Of a stretch of 64,000 nt of DNA, positions 25,560 through 38,300 are shown in pieces. Both the position numbers and the translations under genes were made by a program. This stretch comes from Macrostomum lignano (lineage: Eukaryota), in the NCBI GenBank assembly GCA_002269645.1, contig NIVC01003369.1:37455-101454 (forward strand), in the 5' to 3' direction. The notes under the pieces were generated by a model that ran no database searches, was not told the DNA's origin, and worked only from the letters and a program-made list of their open reading frames with translations. Positions within the stretch are counted from its first letter, which is position 1; the number at the start of each line of letters is the position of its first letter.

Positions 25560-26160
25560 ATCTCTCCCTGAGAGTCCTACTCCGGAATCTCCCCCTATGA
25601 GAGTCCTACTCCAGAATCTCTCTCTATGAAAGTCCTACTCCAGAATCTCCCTATGAGAGTCCTACTCCAGAATCTCTCCCTATGAGAGTCCTACTCCAGA
25701 ATCTCTCCCTATGAGAGTCCTAATCCGGAATCTCCCTATGAGAGTCCTAATCCGGAATCTCCCTATGAGAGTCCTACTCCGGAATCTTCCTATGAGAGTC
25801 CTACTCCGGAATCTTCCTATGAGAGTCCTACTCCGGAATCTCCCCCTATGAGAGTCCTACTCCGGAATCTTCCTATGAGAGTCCTACTCCGGAATCTTCC
25901 TATGAGAGTCCTACTCCGGAATCTCCCCCTATGAGAGTCCTACTCCGGAATCTCCCCCTATGAGAGTCCTACTCCGGAATCTTCCTATTAGAGTCCTAAT
26001 CCGGAATCTCCCTATGAGAGTCCTACTCCGGAATCTCCCCCTATTAGAGTCCTAATCCGGAATCTCCCTATGAGAGTCCTACTCCAGAATCTCTCCCTAT
26101 GAGAGTCCTACTCCAGAATCTCTCCCTACGAGAGTCCAGCTGCTCCAGAATCTCTCCCTG
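25560..26160. repeat. 26-29-bp minisatellite, intergenic
   Basis: Unit GAGAGTCCTACTCCGGAATCT(C)nTAT. Confidence 0.95.
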
Positions 26161-26462
26161 ACAGTCTAGCCGCTATTTAGAAATCCCAGAGAGTCTGTCT
26201 TTCCGGGCTGTTTTGGAGTCTCCTATCCTCCACAACGTCGGGATCCAATGTATTTGATAATTGCATTTCTGGGACCAGCAGGGCAGTCCTCTGTCAAACT
26301 TATCTATTTATGATTGGTCCAATGAAGCTCTGGATTGCGATATCCAATAGAGCTCAGGCCATCGCAACAGTTTATACTCAGGCTACGCTTTGAGTTTATG
26401 GAGTGCGGGAGGTTGAAACTAGCGGTGCGAGCTGTGGCCGCGGTTAGAATTTTATTTATAGC

Positions 26463-27229
26463 AGTAGAGACAGACAGACAGACAGACACTAAGACACTAA
26501 GACACTAAGACAGACAGACAGACAGACAGACAGGCGGGCAGACAGACAGACAGACTGACAGACAGGCGGGCAGACAGACAGACAGACAGGTAGAGACAGA
26601 CAGACAGGCAGGCAGACAAACAGGCAAGCAGACAGACAGATAGACAGACAGGCAGACAGACAGGCAGACAGGCGGGCAGACAGACAGACAGGTAGAGACA
26701 GACAGACAGGCAGGCAGACAAACAGGCAAGCAGACAGACAGATAGACAGACAGGCAGGCAGACAGACAGACAGACAGATAGACAGACAGGCAGAGGCAGA
26801 CAGGTAGAGACAGACAGGCAGGCAGGCAGACAAACAGGCAAGCAGACAGACAGATAGACAGACAGGCAGGCAGACAGACAGACAGACAGATAGACAGACA
26901 GGCAGAGGCAGACAGGTAGAGACAGACAGGCAGGCAGGCAGACAAACAGGCAAGCAGACAGACAGATAGACAGACAGACAGACAGACAGACAGGCGGACA
27001 GACAGACAGACTGACAGACAGACAGGCGGGCAGACAGAAAGACAGACAGACAGACAGACAGACAGACAGGTAGAGACAGACAGACAGGCAGGCAGACAAA
27101 CAAGCAAGCAGACAGACAGATAGACAGACAGGCAGACAGACAGGCAGACAGACGGGCAGACAGACAGACAGACAGACAGACAGATAGACAGACAGGTAGA
27201 GGCAGACAGGTAGAGACAGACAGACAGAC
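26463..27229. repeat. Compound (GACA/GGCA)n microsatellite abutting the DEG/ENaC ATG
   Basis: Direct observation; the repeat runs into GACATG at 27230. Confidence 0.97.
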
Positions 27230-29959
27230 ATGTCCGGTCCTTCGTCGCCGGCCCACCCGGCCGAAAACGGGTCGCCTCGCCTGTCGACCTGCCGCGTTCC
27301 CGGAGCGCCTCGGTCGCTGCGCTTTGCCAAAAGTCGTCGCAGCGTCTGGCAGCCGCGGCAGCAGCTGCAGCAGCGGCAGGCCAGCAGCCGGTGCCAGCAT
27401 GGACACAGGCGGCACCAGTGGCCGCAGGCGGGGCTGTCAGCGATTTTCAAGGACTTCGCTGGCAACACCACGGCGCACGGCATCCGCCAGCTGGCCCAGG
27501 CGAACGGCTGGTGCCGCCGGATCGTGTGGGCGGCCATTCTGACGGTGGTCACCGCCGGGGTGGCCACGCACCTGACCGTGGAGGTGATGCACTACTTTTC
27601 CTACCCCATCAGCGTCCAGACCAGCTTCATCCTGGGCGGCTACGCCTTCCCCGACGTGATCATCTGCGACCCCATCGGCCCCATCAACCCGCGCCTGACA
27701 CTGCGCCGCAACGCGAGCTCCGGCCCGGCTGGCGACATCCTCATTGGCACAGAGGACGCCATCGTGCTGCCCGACTCCGGCGAGCTGCAGCAGAAGGACA
27801 AGTTCCGGTTCTTCCTGAGCCACTTCATCGACCTGCCGGCCAGCGGCCTGCAGCCGGCCGACTACATCATCTTCTGCCGCTACCAGAAGCTGCCCTGCAC
27901 CTTCCTGAACTTCAGCGTGTACTACCACCATGACTTCATGAACTGCTTCGTGTTCCGGCCACCGACTCGTCTCGTCGCTGCGGCTGGACCCGACAGCGGC
28001 CTCACCCTTGTGCTGAACGTGCCGCAGCGCAGCTCCGTTGAGTCGTTCTCGGAGTTTGGCGAGCGATACGAGGAGGCTCTGCTGCCGCTGGGCCTGCGGG
28101 TGTCCCTGCAGCAGGCCGACACCGTGCCGCGGCCCAGCGAAGGCGGCTGGATGCTGCCGAAGGGCATGCTGACCGAGATCAGCACCTGGCACTTCCGGTT
28201 AGCAGATGTGACTGGACTGGTCTGGGGTGACCGTGCTATTATTGGTCTGCGGGGTGACCGCGTTTTGTGTGAGTGAGTGTTCGATGTGACCATTTTGACT
28301 CTCAGGCATGTGACCGTTACTGTCAGATGTGACCGTTGCTGTCAGATGTGACCGTTACTGTCGGGTGTGACCGTTGCTGTCAGATGTGACCGTTGCTGTC
28401 AGGTGTGATCGTTGCTGTCAGATGTGACCGTTACTGTCAGGTGTGATCGTTGCTGTCAGGTGTGACCGTTACTGTCGGGTGTGACCGTTGCTGTCGGGTG
28501 TGACATCAAACCTCCTCCCCCGCCCCCAGCTCCGCCCTGGCGAACACGCCGGTGGCGCCCTGCTCAGGCGAGAGCAGCAACCTCAGGCAGCGCAACCACG
28601 CCACGGGTCGCAGAGAGGAGTTTTACTACCGCAAAGAGGACTGCGAGTACAACCGGCTGCTGGAGCGGGCCGGACAGGTTTGCAACTGCTCCGTGCATGC
28701 TGACTACCCGCTTGGCGGCTCCGGCAACTCCTCCAGCGACGACGGCGGTCGCGGCAGGTTTGTCGGCTGCCACGAACCGTTCAGAATCACCCGACGGCTG
28801 TTCGACATGATCCTGCGGCTGCGGAAGGCCAGCCACAGCCACATCGGCGACCAGGCCGCTCAGCCGGCCATGGAGATCCTCGAGGACGCTGCGTCGCCGC
28901 TGAACCGCATCATCGACTGCTTCCAGGTAGCCGGCTGGGCAGTCGGTCATATCAGTCTGGGTCTGGGCAGTCTTGATCATAGCATGCCCGTTTAATGCAC
29001 CTTCCTTTGGTTTAGCAATCTGGGTCATAGCTGTCTGGGTTTTAGCAGTCTGGGTCATAGCTGTCTGGGTTTTAGCAGTCTGGGTCATAGCTGTCTGGAT
29101 CATAGCTGTCTGGGTCATAGCTGTCTGGGTTTTAGCAGTCTGGGTCATAGCTGTCTGGTTTTAGCAGTCTGGGTCATATCTGTCTGGGTCATAGCTTTCT
29201 GGATCATAGCTGTCTGGATCATAGCTGTCTGGGTCATAGCTGTCTGGGTTTTAGCAGTCTGGGTCATAGCTGTCTGGTTTTAGCAGTCTGGGTCATATCT
29301 GGTATCTAGTAACCCCTGGGGTATTCCCTGAGGCACTACAATGCAATGTTTCAGAGCATTCTCCGTCCGATCGCCAGCATTAGCTCAGATCTGAACTTTC
29401 ACCCCCGCAGGAGGCCCGCCGCCAGCCGGTGAGCCGCTCGGACTGCCCCAACCCGTGCGAATTCGACAACTACGTGACTGCCGTGTCGCAGGCGCTGTGG
29501 CCGCAGCAGGAGCTTTTGAGCCGCATCAAGGAGCTGCTGCTTGACTCCATCCACCAGGAGTACTTCAACACTGTCCGCAGGCGCGGTCTGCAGGATTCGC
29601 TCATCCACCCGCTGAAGCCGGACTTTTGGGACCAGTTCGCCGCCCTGGAGGGCTGCACCGCGCCTGACTGCTTCAGCCGCATAAACAGGCAGATCTTCAG
29701 CTTCATGGAGGAGAATTTCCTGGAGCTGCGGGTTTTCCCTCGCAGTCTGGACATTCAGTACACCGAGGAGCGATGCAACTTCCCGCTCAGCAGCCTGCTG
29801 TCCCAGCTCGGCGGCCTCAGCGGCCTGTGGCTCGGCATCAGCATTGTGACGGTCTGCGAGTTCATCGACTTCCTCGGCGCTCTGGTGCGCCGGCTGTTCA
29901 GTAGCACCTTCCGGGAGCGCCTGACTGACACCGAGCTCGTGACTGAGCTGTCCGTCTAG
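27230..29959 (+). CDS. DEG/ENaC (ASIC/FaNaC superfamily) channel subunit; exons 27230-28197, 28530-28926, 29411-29959; 637 aa
   Basis: Pre-TM1 NTTAHG; TM1 RRIVWAAIL...HYFSYP; FPDVIIC; Cys-rich thumb CEY...CNCS and CPNPCEFDNY; TM2 LLSQLGGLSGLWLGISIVTVCEFI. Phases are compatible; exons total 1914 nt. The start codon is less certain. Confidence 0.93.
28280..28505. repeat. 19-bp minisatellite in DEG/ENaC intron 1
   Basis: Unit GTGACCGTTGCTGTCAGAT. Confidence 0.93.
28945..29300. repeat. 15-bp minisatellite in DEG/ENaC intron 2
   Basis: Alternating GTCTGGGTCATAGCT and GTCTGGGTTTTAGCA units. Confidence 0.93.
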
Positions 29960-30004
29960 TGACACGTCCAGAGACTGGCAGTGCAGATCTTGGCTACAGA
30001 CAGT

Positions 30005-30430
30005 CCAGGCTCTAGAGACATGTCTAGAGGCTAGGAATGTGGGTCAATCGTGTCTATGGACATGTCTAGAGGCTAGGAATGCAGGTCAATCGTGTCTATG
30101 GACATGTCTAGAGGCTAGGAATGCAGGTCAATTGTGTCTATGGACATGTCTAGAGGCTGGGAATGCGGGTCAATCGTGTCTAGAGACATGTCTAGAGGCT
30201 AGTAATGCGAGTCAATCGTGTCTAGAGACATGTCTAGAGGCTAGTAATGCGAGTCAATCGTGTCTAGAGACATGTCTAGAGGCTAGAAATGCGGGCCAAT
30301 CGTGTCTATCTAAAAGTCATCTAAACGATCGTATCTAAAGAGACATGTCTAGAGGCTAGAAATGCGGGCCAATCGTGTCTATCTAAAAGTCATCTAAACG
30401 ATCGTATCTAAAGAGACATGTCTAGAGACT
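30005..30430. repeat. 42-bp minisatellite with palindromic core
   Basis: Unit TCGTGTCTAGAGACATGTCTAGAGGCTAGTAATGCGAGTCAA and variants. Confidence 0.9.
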
Positions 30431-31066
30431 GTTAGTGTCTTGAAGACTTTAGACAAGAAAACGTATCGAAACAGACCATCTAAACAGCTGTCAGGACAGA
30501 TAATTTATGCGTTATTAAAGCATTTTGTTTTCAGACGATCTCTAGAGAAGTTTAGATTCGTGTATAGGATATTTCTATGGATATTTACTGTTACTGATGC
30601 TACGCTAACAATGCCATTAGCAGCACAACACAGTTTCAATATCATTGGTCTATAGAGCAGTCTATAGATATGCAGATGTTGTTTCTCTCATTCTATATTT
30701 TGTGCGTATTTCTCCCCCGCAGTTATCAATAATAATATTTAAACAGACGCACAGCATTGCGCCGCGTTTTTACATGTGACTGGTCTTTATCTTTCATTTT
30801 GCTCTGTTTGGGCCTGCATGCGGGGGGTGGGCAGGACCTCCCGGGGCTGCCAATTATCCATAAAGCTGTGTGAGGCTAATGAGTTTCTAATTACGGGGAT
30901 CATATTGGAAGTTGTGGGGGTTTGTGGCCGGCTGCTTGCCCCGCAGCTGCTCTCTGAGCTCCCGGTGGGGGTTATGGGGATACTTGAGTGCTGCCAGTGT
31001 GTGGAGGGATAAAGTGCAGAGTCTGTACTGCACCGCGAATCTGAGTGGCTCTGCCATCAGTTAGTC

Positions 31067-31759
31067 AGAGGCAGGGGGCTGTGTGAACCCTGGCGCACTT
31101 TAAGCGACATTGTCACAACCGGCGAGCAGGCACACAAGCGCAGACCTACGCAGTCACACGCACAGGCACACACTCACACAGGAGTGTACAGTGGCCCTGA
31201 CTTTAATAATCGTCAGACATGTACACTTCACTGTGCCTTGGGGTTTGGCCCTCAAGGGCGTTAACTAAAGGGGGCCGTAGCCCAGCGGTAGCGCAGCTGC
31301 TCTGGTGTGCCAGCGACCCAGGCTCGATTCCAAGTGCAGCCACATTAATTTGGGGCTGAATTGGAATCTCGGCTTGGCTCTGCTCGTGCAATTAACGGCC
31401 TTGAGAGCCAACCCCCCAAGGCGCAGTGAAGTGTACATGCCTAACGATAATATAAAGTTAGGGCCGCTGTACACTCCTGTGTGAGTGTGTGCCTGCGTAC
31501 GTATCCGCGCGCTTGTGTGCCTGCTCAGGGGAGTCGGCGGAATGGGCAGTAATGCCTCTCGCCGGTTGTGTGCCTATGTCGCTTAAAGTGCGCCAGGGTG
31601 CACACAACCCCCTGCCTCTAATAAAAAAGGGCGTTAACTGCACAAGCAGAGCCAAGCCGAGATTCCAATTTGTGTCAAGTAAATGTTACTGCACTTGGAA
31701 TCGAGCCTGGGCCGCTGGCACATCAGAGCGCCGCGCCAGACCACTGGGCTACGACCCCC
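31067..31759 (-). mobile_element. tRNA-derived SINE family 2, outer copy (head 31759-31640, body 31266-31067), split by an inserted copy
   Basis: Minus-strand head GGGGTCGTAGCCCAGTGG...GGCTCGATTCC (A and B boxes). Head and body are each the reverse complement of the inner copy. Confidence 0.85.
31267..31626 (+). mobile_element. tRNA-derived SINE family 2, inner full-length copy with 13-bp TSD
   Basis: Head GGGGCCGTAGCCCAGCGGT...GGCTCGATTCC; A-rich tail TAATAAAAAA; TSD AAGGGCGTTAACT at 31254-31266 and 31627-31639. Confidence 0.9.
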
Positions 31760-31819
31760 TCTGGCCGGTTGTGGCAATGGTAGATTGATTCACTTTCCAC
31801 CTTGCGACATCCTGCGGTG

Positions 31820-31940
31820 TTTTACAGAGAAACGGCCGACCGCCTTTGGCGGTCTTATCTGATGCTGCGGCCGACCGTCTTTGGCGGTCTTGTCTGATGC
31901 TGCGGCCGACCGTCTTTGGCGGTCTTGTCTGATGCTGCGG
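31820..31940. repeat. 35-bp unit, ~3 copies
   Basis: GACCGTCTTTGGCGGTCTTGTCTGATGCTGCGGCC. Confidence 0.85.
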
Positions 31941-32375
31941 CAGTCTAGAAAATGATATGGACATTGGACGTTTCGGACTGAGGATAATTTAGGAAAATGT
32001 AACCAAGTTTGAGTCGTTTTCCCGATATTTAACTCGGTTATCTCTTGGCTGACCGGGGGGGGGGGATGGGGCTCCAAAGAAAGACATTTTTAAACTCAAA
32101 GCTCATTTGCAGTCAGGCTGCATGTTTGCTTTATCAGCTATTTAGGCTTAAATAGCAGAGTTTTGCCACACTTTCACTTTGCTCTGCATACTGACTGGCT
32201 TATTGCAATTTGCACTAAGAATCGGGCGCATAGCTTTATCTGATTTTCCAGTGCCAACTTCTGCACAATTTATAAAACTGCATGCGTGCCCCCGTTGCAG
32301 CTGCTGCACTGAACACTTGTCAGAATGTCTGCATTGCAAAGCGGCTGCTCCTAGAGGCAGCAACGAACCGACAGG

Positions 32376-35300
32376 ATGGCTGAGCTGCCTTCTTCATCTG
32401 ATCGTTGCTGCAGTCTGCTCACCACTCTGCTCCCGATTGCTGGCTGGCTGCCAAAATATGAGTGAGTAAATCCTTGATATGCTGCTGTGCTGTGTCTCAG
32501 ATGTGTCTAAAATGTCTAAAATGTGTCTGCAGTGTCTCAGATGTGTCTGCAGTGTCTCAGATGTGTCTAAAATGTCTCAAATGTGTCTGCAGTGTCTCAG
32601 ATGTGTCTAAAATGTCTCAAATGTGTCTGCGATGTCTCAAGTGTGTCTGCAGTGTCTTAAATGTGTCTGCAATATCTTAAATGTGTCTGCTGTGTCTCAG
32701 ATGTGTCTGCAGTGTCTTAAATGTGTCCGCAGTGTCTTAAATGTGTCTGCAGTGTCTTATATGTGTCTGCAATGTCTCAAATGTGTCTTCAATGTCTTAA
32801 ATGTGTCTGCAATGTCTCAAACGGGTCTGCAGTGTCTAAAGTGTGCGCTGTGTTAAAACGCATTTAAAGTAGCTCTAAAGTGGCCCAATAAAGTCCTCAA
32901 TGATCAAAATGACCCAACACGCAGTCGGAAGAGGCGCCCACCGCATCATTTCTCTCCTCTGGACAATCCTCTCCTCCATTATTTACCAGTGCGCACCTGT
33001 TCTGGCGCACTGCAGTATTGTATTTATGATGAGTTCAAAGGCATTGGCAGAGACTGGCAGCATTGCAGCGCTATGAATTATGCATCGAATTTGGGACAAG
33101 AAGCTTGCGGTTTGTCTGGTTCTCTGGTGTTCGCATTGCTCCATAACCTCATTAAGACTCCGAGCATAGACCGCGCCACCAGTGTCGCTACTTTGGCTTC
33201 TGAATTGTCACCTGAACCCTCACCTGAACTATCACCTGAGCCCTTACCTGAACCATCACCTGAACCCTCACCTGAACCATCACCTGAACCATCACCTGAA
33301 CCCTTACCTGAACCATCACCTGAACCATCACCTGAACCCTTACCTGAACCATCACCTGAACCATCACCTGAACCCTTACCTGAATCATCACCTGAACCAT
33401 CACCTGAACCATCATCAGAACCCTCACCTGAACCATCACCTGAACCCTTACCTGAACCATCACCTGAACCATCACCTGAACCCTTACCTGAACCATCACC
33501 TGAACCATCACCTGAACCATCATCTGAACCCTCACCTGAACCATCACCTGAGCCCTCACCTGAGCCTTACCTGAACCATCACCTGAACCATCACCTGAAC
33601 CCTTACCTGAACCATCACCTGAGCCCTCACCTGAGCCTTACCTGAACCATCACCTGAACCCTCATCTGAACCCTCATCTGAACCATCACCGGAGCCCTCA
33701 CCTGATCCCTCACCTGAACCCTCACCTGAACCATCACCTCCACTTCCTTAAAGCCTGCAGAAGCTCCGCCAGGACGCGGTGGCGGGCCTGACCGTCGGCC
33801 TGATGGTGATCCCGCAGGGCCTCGCCTACGCGCACGTCGCAGAGCTGCCGGTTCAGTACGGCCTGTACTCCGCCTTCATGGGCCCCTTCGTCTACTGCCT
33901 GCTCGGCACCTCCAAGGACGCCAGCCTGGGCCCTACCGCCATCATGTCGCTGCTCACCGCCTCCTACAACGCGGCTCCGGGAGTCACGCCGAAGTCAGCC
34001 GTCTACGCCGTGCTGATGTGCTTCGCCTGCGGCATCGTGCAGTTCCTGCTGGGCGCCATGAGGCTGGGCGTCATCGTCAACTTCATCTCCCTGCCTGTGG
34101 TCAGCGGCTTCACCACCTCCGCTGCTGTCACAATCGCCTGGAGCCAGGTCAAGGTGAGCACTGCCCACCTCCCAGATACTGAGTTGCTGGGCCAGCTTCC
34201 CAGATCCCCAGTTGCCAGGCCAGCCTCCCAGATCCTCAGTTGCCAGGCCAGCCTCCCAGATCCTCAGTTGCTGCGCCAGCCTCCCAGATCCTCAGTTGCT
34301 GGGCCAGCTTCCCAGTTCCTCAGTTGCTGGGCCAGCCTCCCAGATCCTCAGTTGCTGGGCCAGCCTCCCAGATCCTCAGTTGCTGGGCCAGCCTCCCAGA
34401 TCCTCAGTTGCCAGGCCAGCCTCCCAAATCCTCAGTTGCTGGGCCAGCCTCCCAGATCCTCAGTTGCTGGGCCAGCCTCCCATATCCCCAGTTGCTGGGC
34501 CAGCCTCCCAGATCCTCAGTTGCTGACCACTCCGCTCCCAACCGCCTGCAGTCGCTGCTGGGCCTGAGAGGCATATCCAACTGGCTGCCGCTGTCTGTGT
34601 ACGAAATCTGCAGGGACATTGGGCGCACCAAGTGAGTTCGCGCGCGGGTGGCCGCGGGTTGTGGGTCTGCGGGCCTGGCTGGATGCAATTTACTCGTAAT
34701 CGCCCGAGCACCCCTTCCCCCATTTCAGAGTGTGGGATCTGACTCTTGGCCTCAGCTGCATGGCCCTGCTGCTGGTGCTGATGGTGAGCCACTGCCCAGC
34801 TGTTTGATTAAATGTCACCCGATACTGGCTATGATTGTAAACACCGCTTTGGCTCGACTTGGGATCACTGATGGGATTAGGACCCCAGCTAAATTTGGGA
34901 TCAGAGATGGGACCCCAGCTAAATTTGGGATCAGAGATGGGACCCCAGCTAAATTTGGGATCAAGGATGGGACCCCAGCTAAATTTGGGATCAGAGATGA
35001 GACCCCAGCTATATTTGGGATCAGAGATGGGACCCCAGCTAAATTTGGGATCAAGGATGGGACCCCAGCTAGATTTGGGATCAGAGATGGGACCCCAGCT
35101 AAATTTGGGATCAAGGATGGGACCCCAGCTAGATTTGGGATCAAGGATGGGACCCCAGCTAGATTTGGGATCAGAGATGGGACCCCAGCTAGATTTGGGA
35201 TCAGAGATTGGACCCCAGCTAGATTAGGATCAGAGATTGGACCCCAGCTAAATTTGGGGTCAAGGATGGGACCCCAGCTAAATTTAGGATCAGAGATGGG

Positions 35301-38300
35301 ACCCCAGCTAAATTTGGGATCAGAGATTGGACCCCAGCTAAATTTGGGATCAGAGATTGGACCCCAGCTAAATTTGGGATCAAAGATGGGACCCCAGCTA
35401 AATTTGGGATCAGAGATGGGACCCCAGCTAGATTTGGGATCAGAGATGGGACCCCAGCTAAATTTGGGATCAGAGATGGGACCCCAGCTAGATTTGGGAT
35501 CAGAGATGGGACCCCAGCTAAATTTGGGATCAAGGAACGGACCCCAGCTAAAATTGGGATCAAGGATGGGACCCCAGCTAGATTTGGGATCAGAGATGGG
35601 ACCCCAGCTAAATTTGGGATCAAGGATGGGACCCCAGCTAAATTTGGGATCTAGGATGGGACCCCAGCTCAGCCAACAGAAGATCAGCCAACAGGCCAAG
35701 GACTGCAGGCAGCGGTCCGGATCCGATTGGGACTTTTATGCTGACGTGGGGGAGAGAGACTGCTGCGCCTCATCTAAATTCTGGGCGCGGTGCCGGACGG
35801 GAATGTAAAAATTGGTCCAAATTGGATTTGCCTCTTTGCCCGCCTCTTCCGCGCTCTGCCGCTCTCTGCCCATGCTCAGGGACACGGACAGAGCTCAGAT
35901 GGCCTGTGCTGTCTGCATCTGTCATGGGCTGCCATCTGCTGCCGGCATCCCCAAACAGCCGAGACCAAACTACCGCTGTTTTTTTTGACAAGAAAATGAC
36001 TCAGAATTATTTTGGATCATTCAATTCTCATTCGATATACAACATTTTTGTCTGCTTAGAATGTAAATTCTATCACTACCAATTCCAGTCCATATGCTCT
36101 CTGCCAGGGGTCCATGAGTGAACTATACATCATTGCCGATTCCAGTCCATATGCTCTCTGCCAGGGGTCCATGAGTGAACTATACATCATTACCGATTCC
36201 CGTCCATATGCTCTCTGCCAGGGGTCCATGAGTGAACTATACATCATTACCGATTCCCGTCCATATGCTCTCTGCCAGGGGTCCATGAGTGAACTATACA
36301 TCACTACCGATTCCCGTCCATATGCTCTCTGCCAGGGGTCCATGAGTGAACTATACATCACTACCAATTCCAGTCCATATGCTCTCTGCCAGGGGTCCAT
36401 GAGTGAACTATACATCATTGCCGATTCCAGTTCATATGCTCTCTGCCAGGGGTCCATGAGTGAACTATACATCATTGCCGATTCCAGTTCATATGCTCTC
36501 TGCCAGGGGTCCATGAGTGAACTATACATCACTACCGATTCCCGTCCATATGCTCTCTGCCAGGGGTCCATGAATTAGGAATACACCACTTCAAATTTCG
36601 ATCCAGATGCAATGTTTTAAATGTCCTTGTGTTGAGCAAGAGTTTTAGCTCGTAATAAGCTGCCGAGGGTGCAGTTTCTAATCCGAATGCTCACTGTTTG
36701 AAAGTCCATGTCAGGGTCATCTCTATATTATACATGAAATGTAAAACTCAGGTGTTCTGCGTTTGTGTGGTTCAGTTGCTAAATTTGAGAGATCCACGAA
36801 TGGCTGGACTAGTTCTGTTTAGAGTGGTAAGATTCCAGTCCAGATACTATTATAACAGGAGTCCATGCATGGCCGGATGAGTATCGATGGCAATCAGCGC
36901 CCGCATTGCGGCTCCAGCTCTACTGTGCAATGACAAAACTGACAAAATTCGGCAATTTCATTTTTCAGACGACAAGATTTGGGAAATCTGTGCATGGAGC
37001 ATAAATATTGAGCCAATAATAACTGCCGCAATTATGCTTATCTGGCCAGCACTGCCCTGTCTGTCTGGCACCGTTTTTACTGCTATCGTTTTGTTTTCAC
37101 TGCAGCGCAAACATATACAAACTCGTGTAACTTGCGAATCTGAATTAGTTTGTATCATGCTACTCATATCTGATTAGTAGTATAGTATGATAAACAACTG
37201 CAGCTCTCAGGTCAAAATTAGCAATTTATTTTGTCCTATACAGAAAATCCAGCGGGACATCTCGGAAGCGTCGAGGATCGACGCAACAGAGGATGGCGAT
37301 GTCCACCTTGGTGTCAGGAGTTCCAGAGCCTTTCTAGCGATTGTCTGCTCAGGTACTCTAACCACCCAACACCCCAGCCAGAACAGCCACCCCAACACCC
37401 CAGCCAGAACAGCCACCCCAACACCCCAGCCAGAACAGCCACCCCAACACCCCAGCCAGAACAGCCACCCCAACACCCCAGCCAGAACAGCCACCCCAAC
37501 ACCCACCCCAACACCCCAGTCAGAACAGCCACCCCAACACCCCAGCCAGAACAGCCACCCCAACACCCCAGCCAGAACAGCCACCCCAACACCCCAGCCA
37601 GAACAGCCACCCCAACACCCACCCCAACACCCCAGTCAGAACAGCCACCCCAACACCTCAGCCAGAACAGCCACCCAAACACCCCAGCCAGAACAGCCAC
37701 CCCAACACCCCAGCCAGAACAGCCACCCCAACACCCCAGCCAGAACAGCCACCCCAACACCCCAGCCAGAACAGCCACCCCAACACCCCAGCCAGAACAG
37801 CCACCCCAAAGCCCCAGCCAGAACAGCCACCCCAACACCCCAGCCAAAATAACCGCCCCAACACCTCAGCCAGAACAGCCACCCCCGACACCACAGCCAG
37901 AACAGCCACCCCCGACACCACAGCCAGAGCAGCCACCCCAGCCAGAACAGCCACCCCCGACACCACAGCCAGAGCAGCCACCCCAGCCAGAACATCCACC
38001 CCCAACACCCCAGCCAAAGTAACCGCCCCAACACCTCAGCCAGAACAGCCACCCCAACACCCCAGTCAGAACAGCCACCCCAACGCCCCAGCCAGAACAG
38101 CCACCCCAACACCCCAGCCAAAATAACCGCCCCAACACCTCAGCCAGAACAACCACCCCCGACACCACAGCCAGAACAGCCAACCCCCGACACCACAGCC
38201 AGAACAGCCACCCCCGACACCACAGCCAGAGCAGCCACCCCAGCCAGAACAGCCACCCCCGACACCACAGCCAGAGCAGCCACCCCAGCCAAAACATCCA

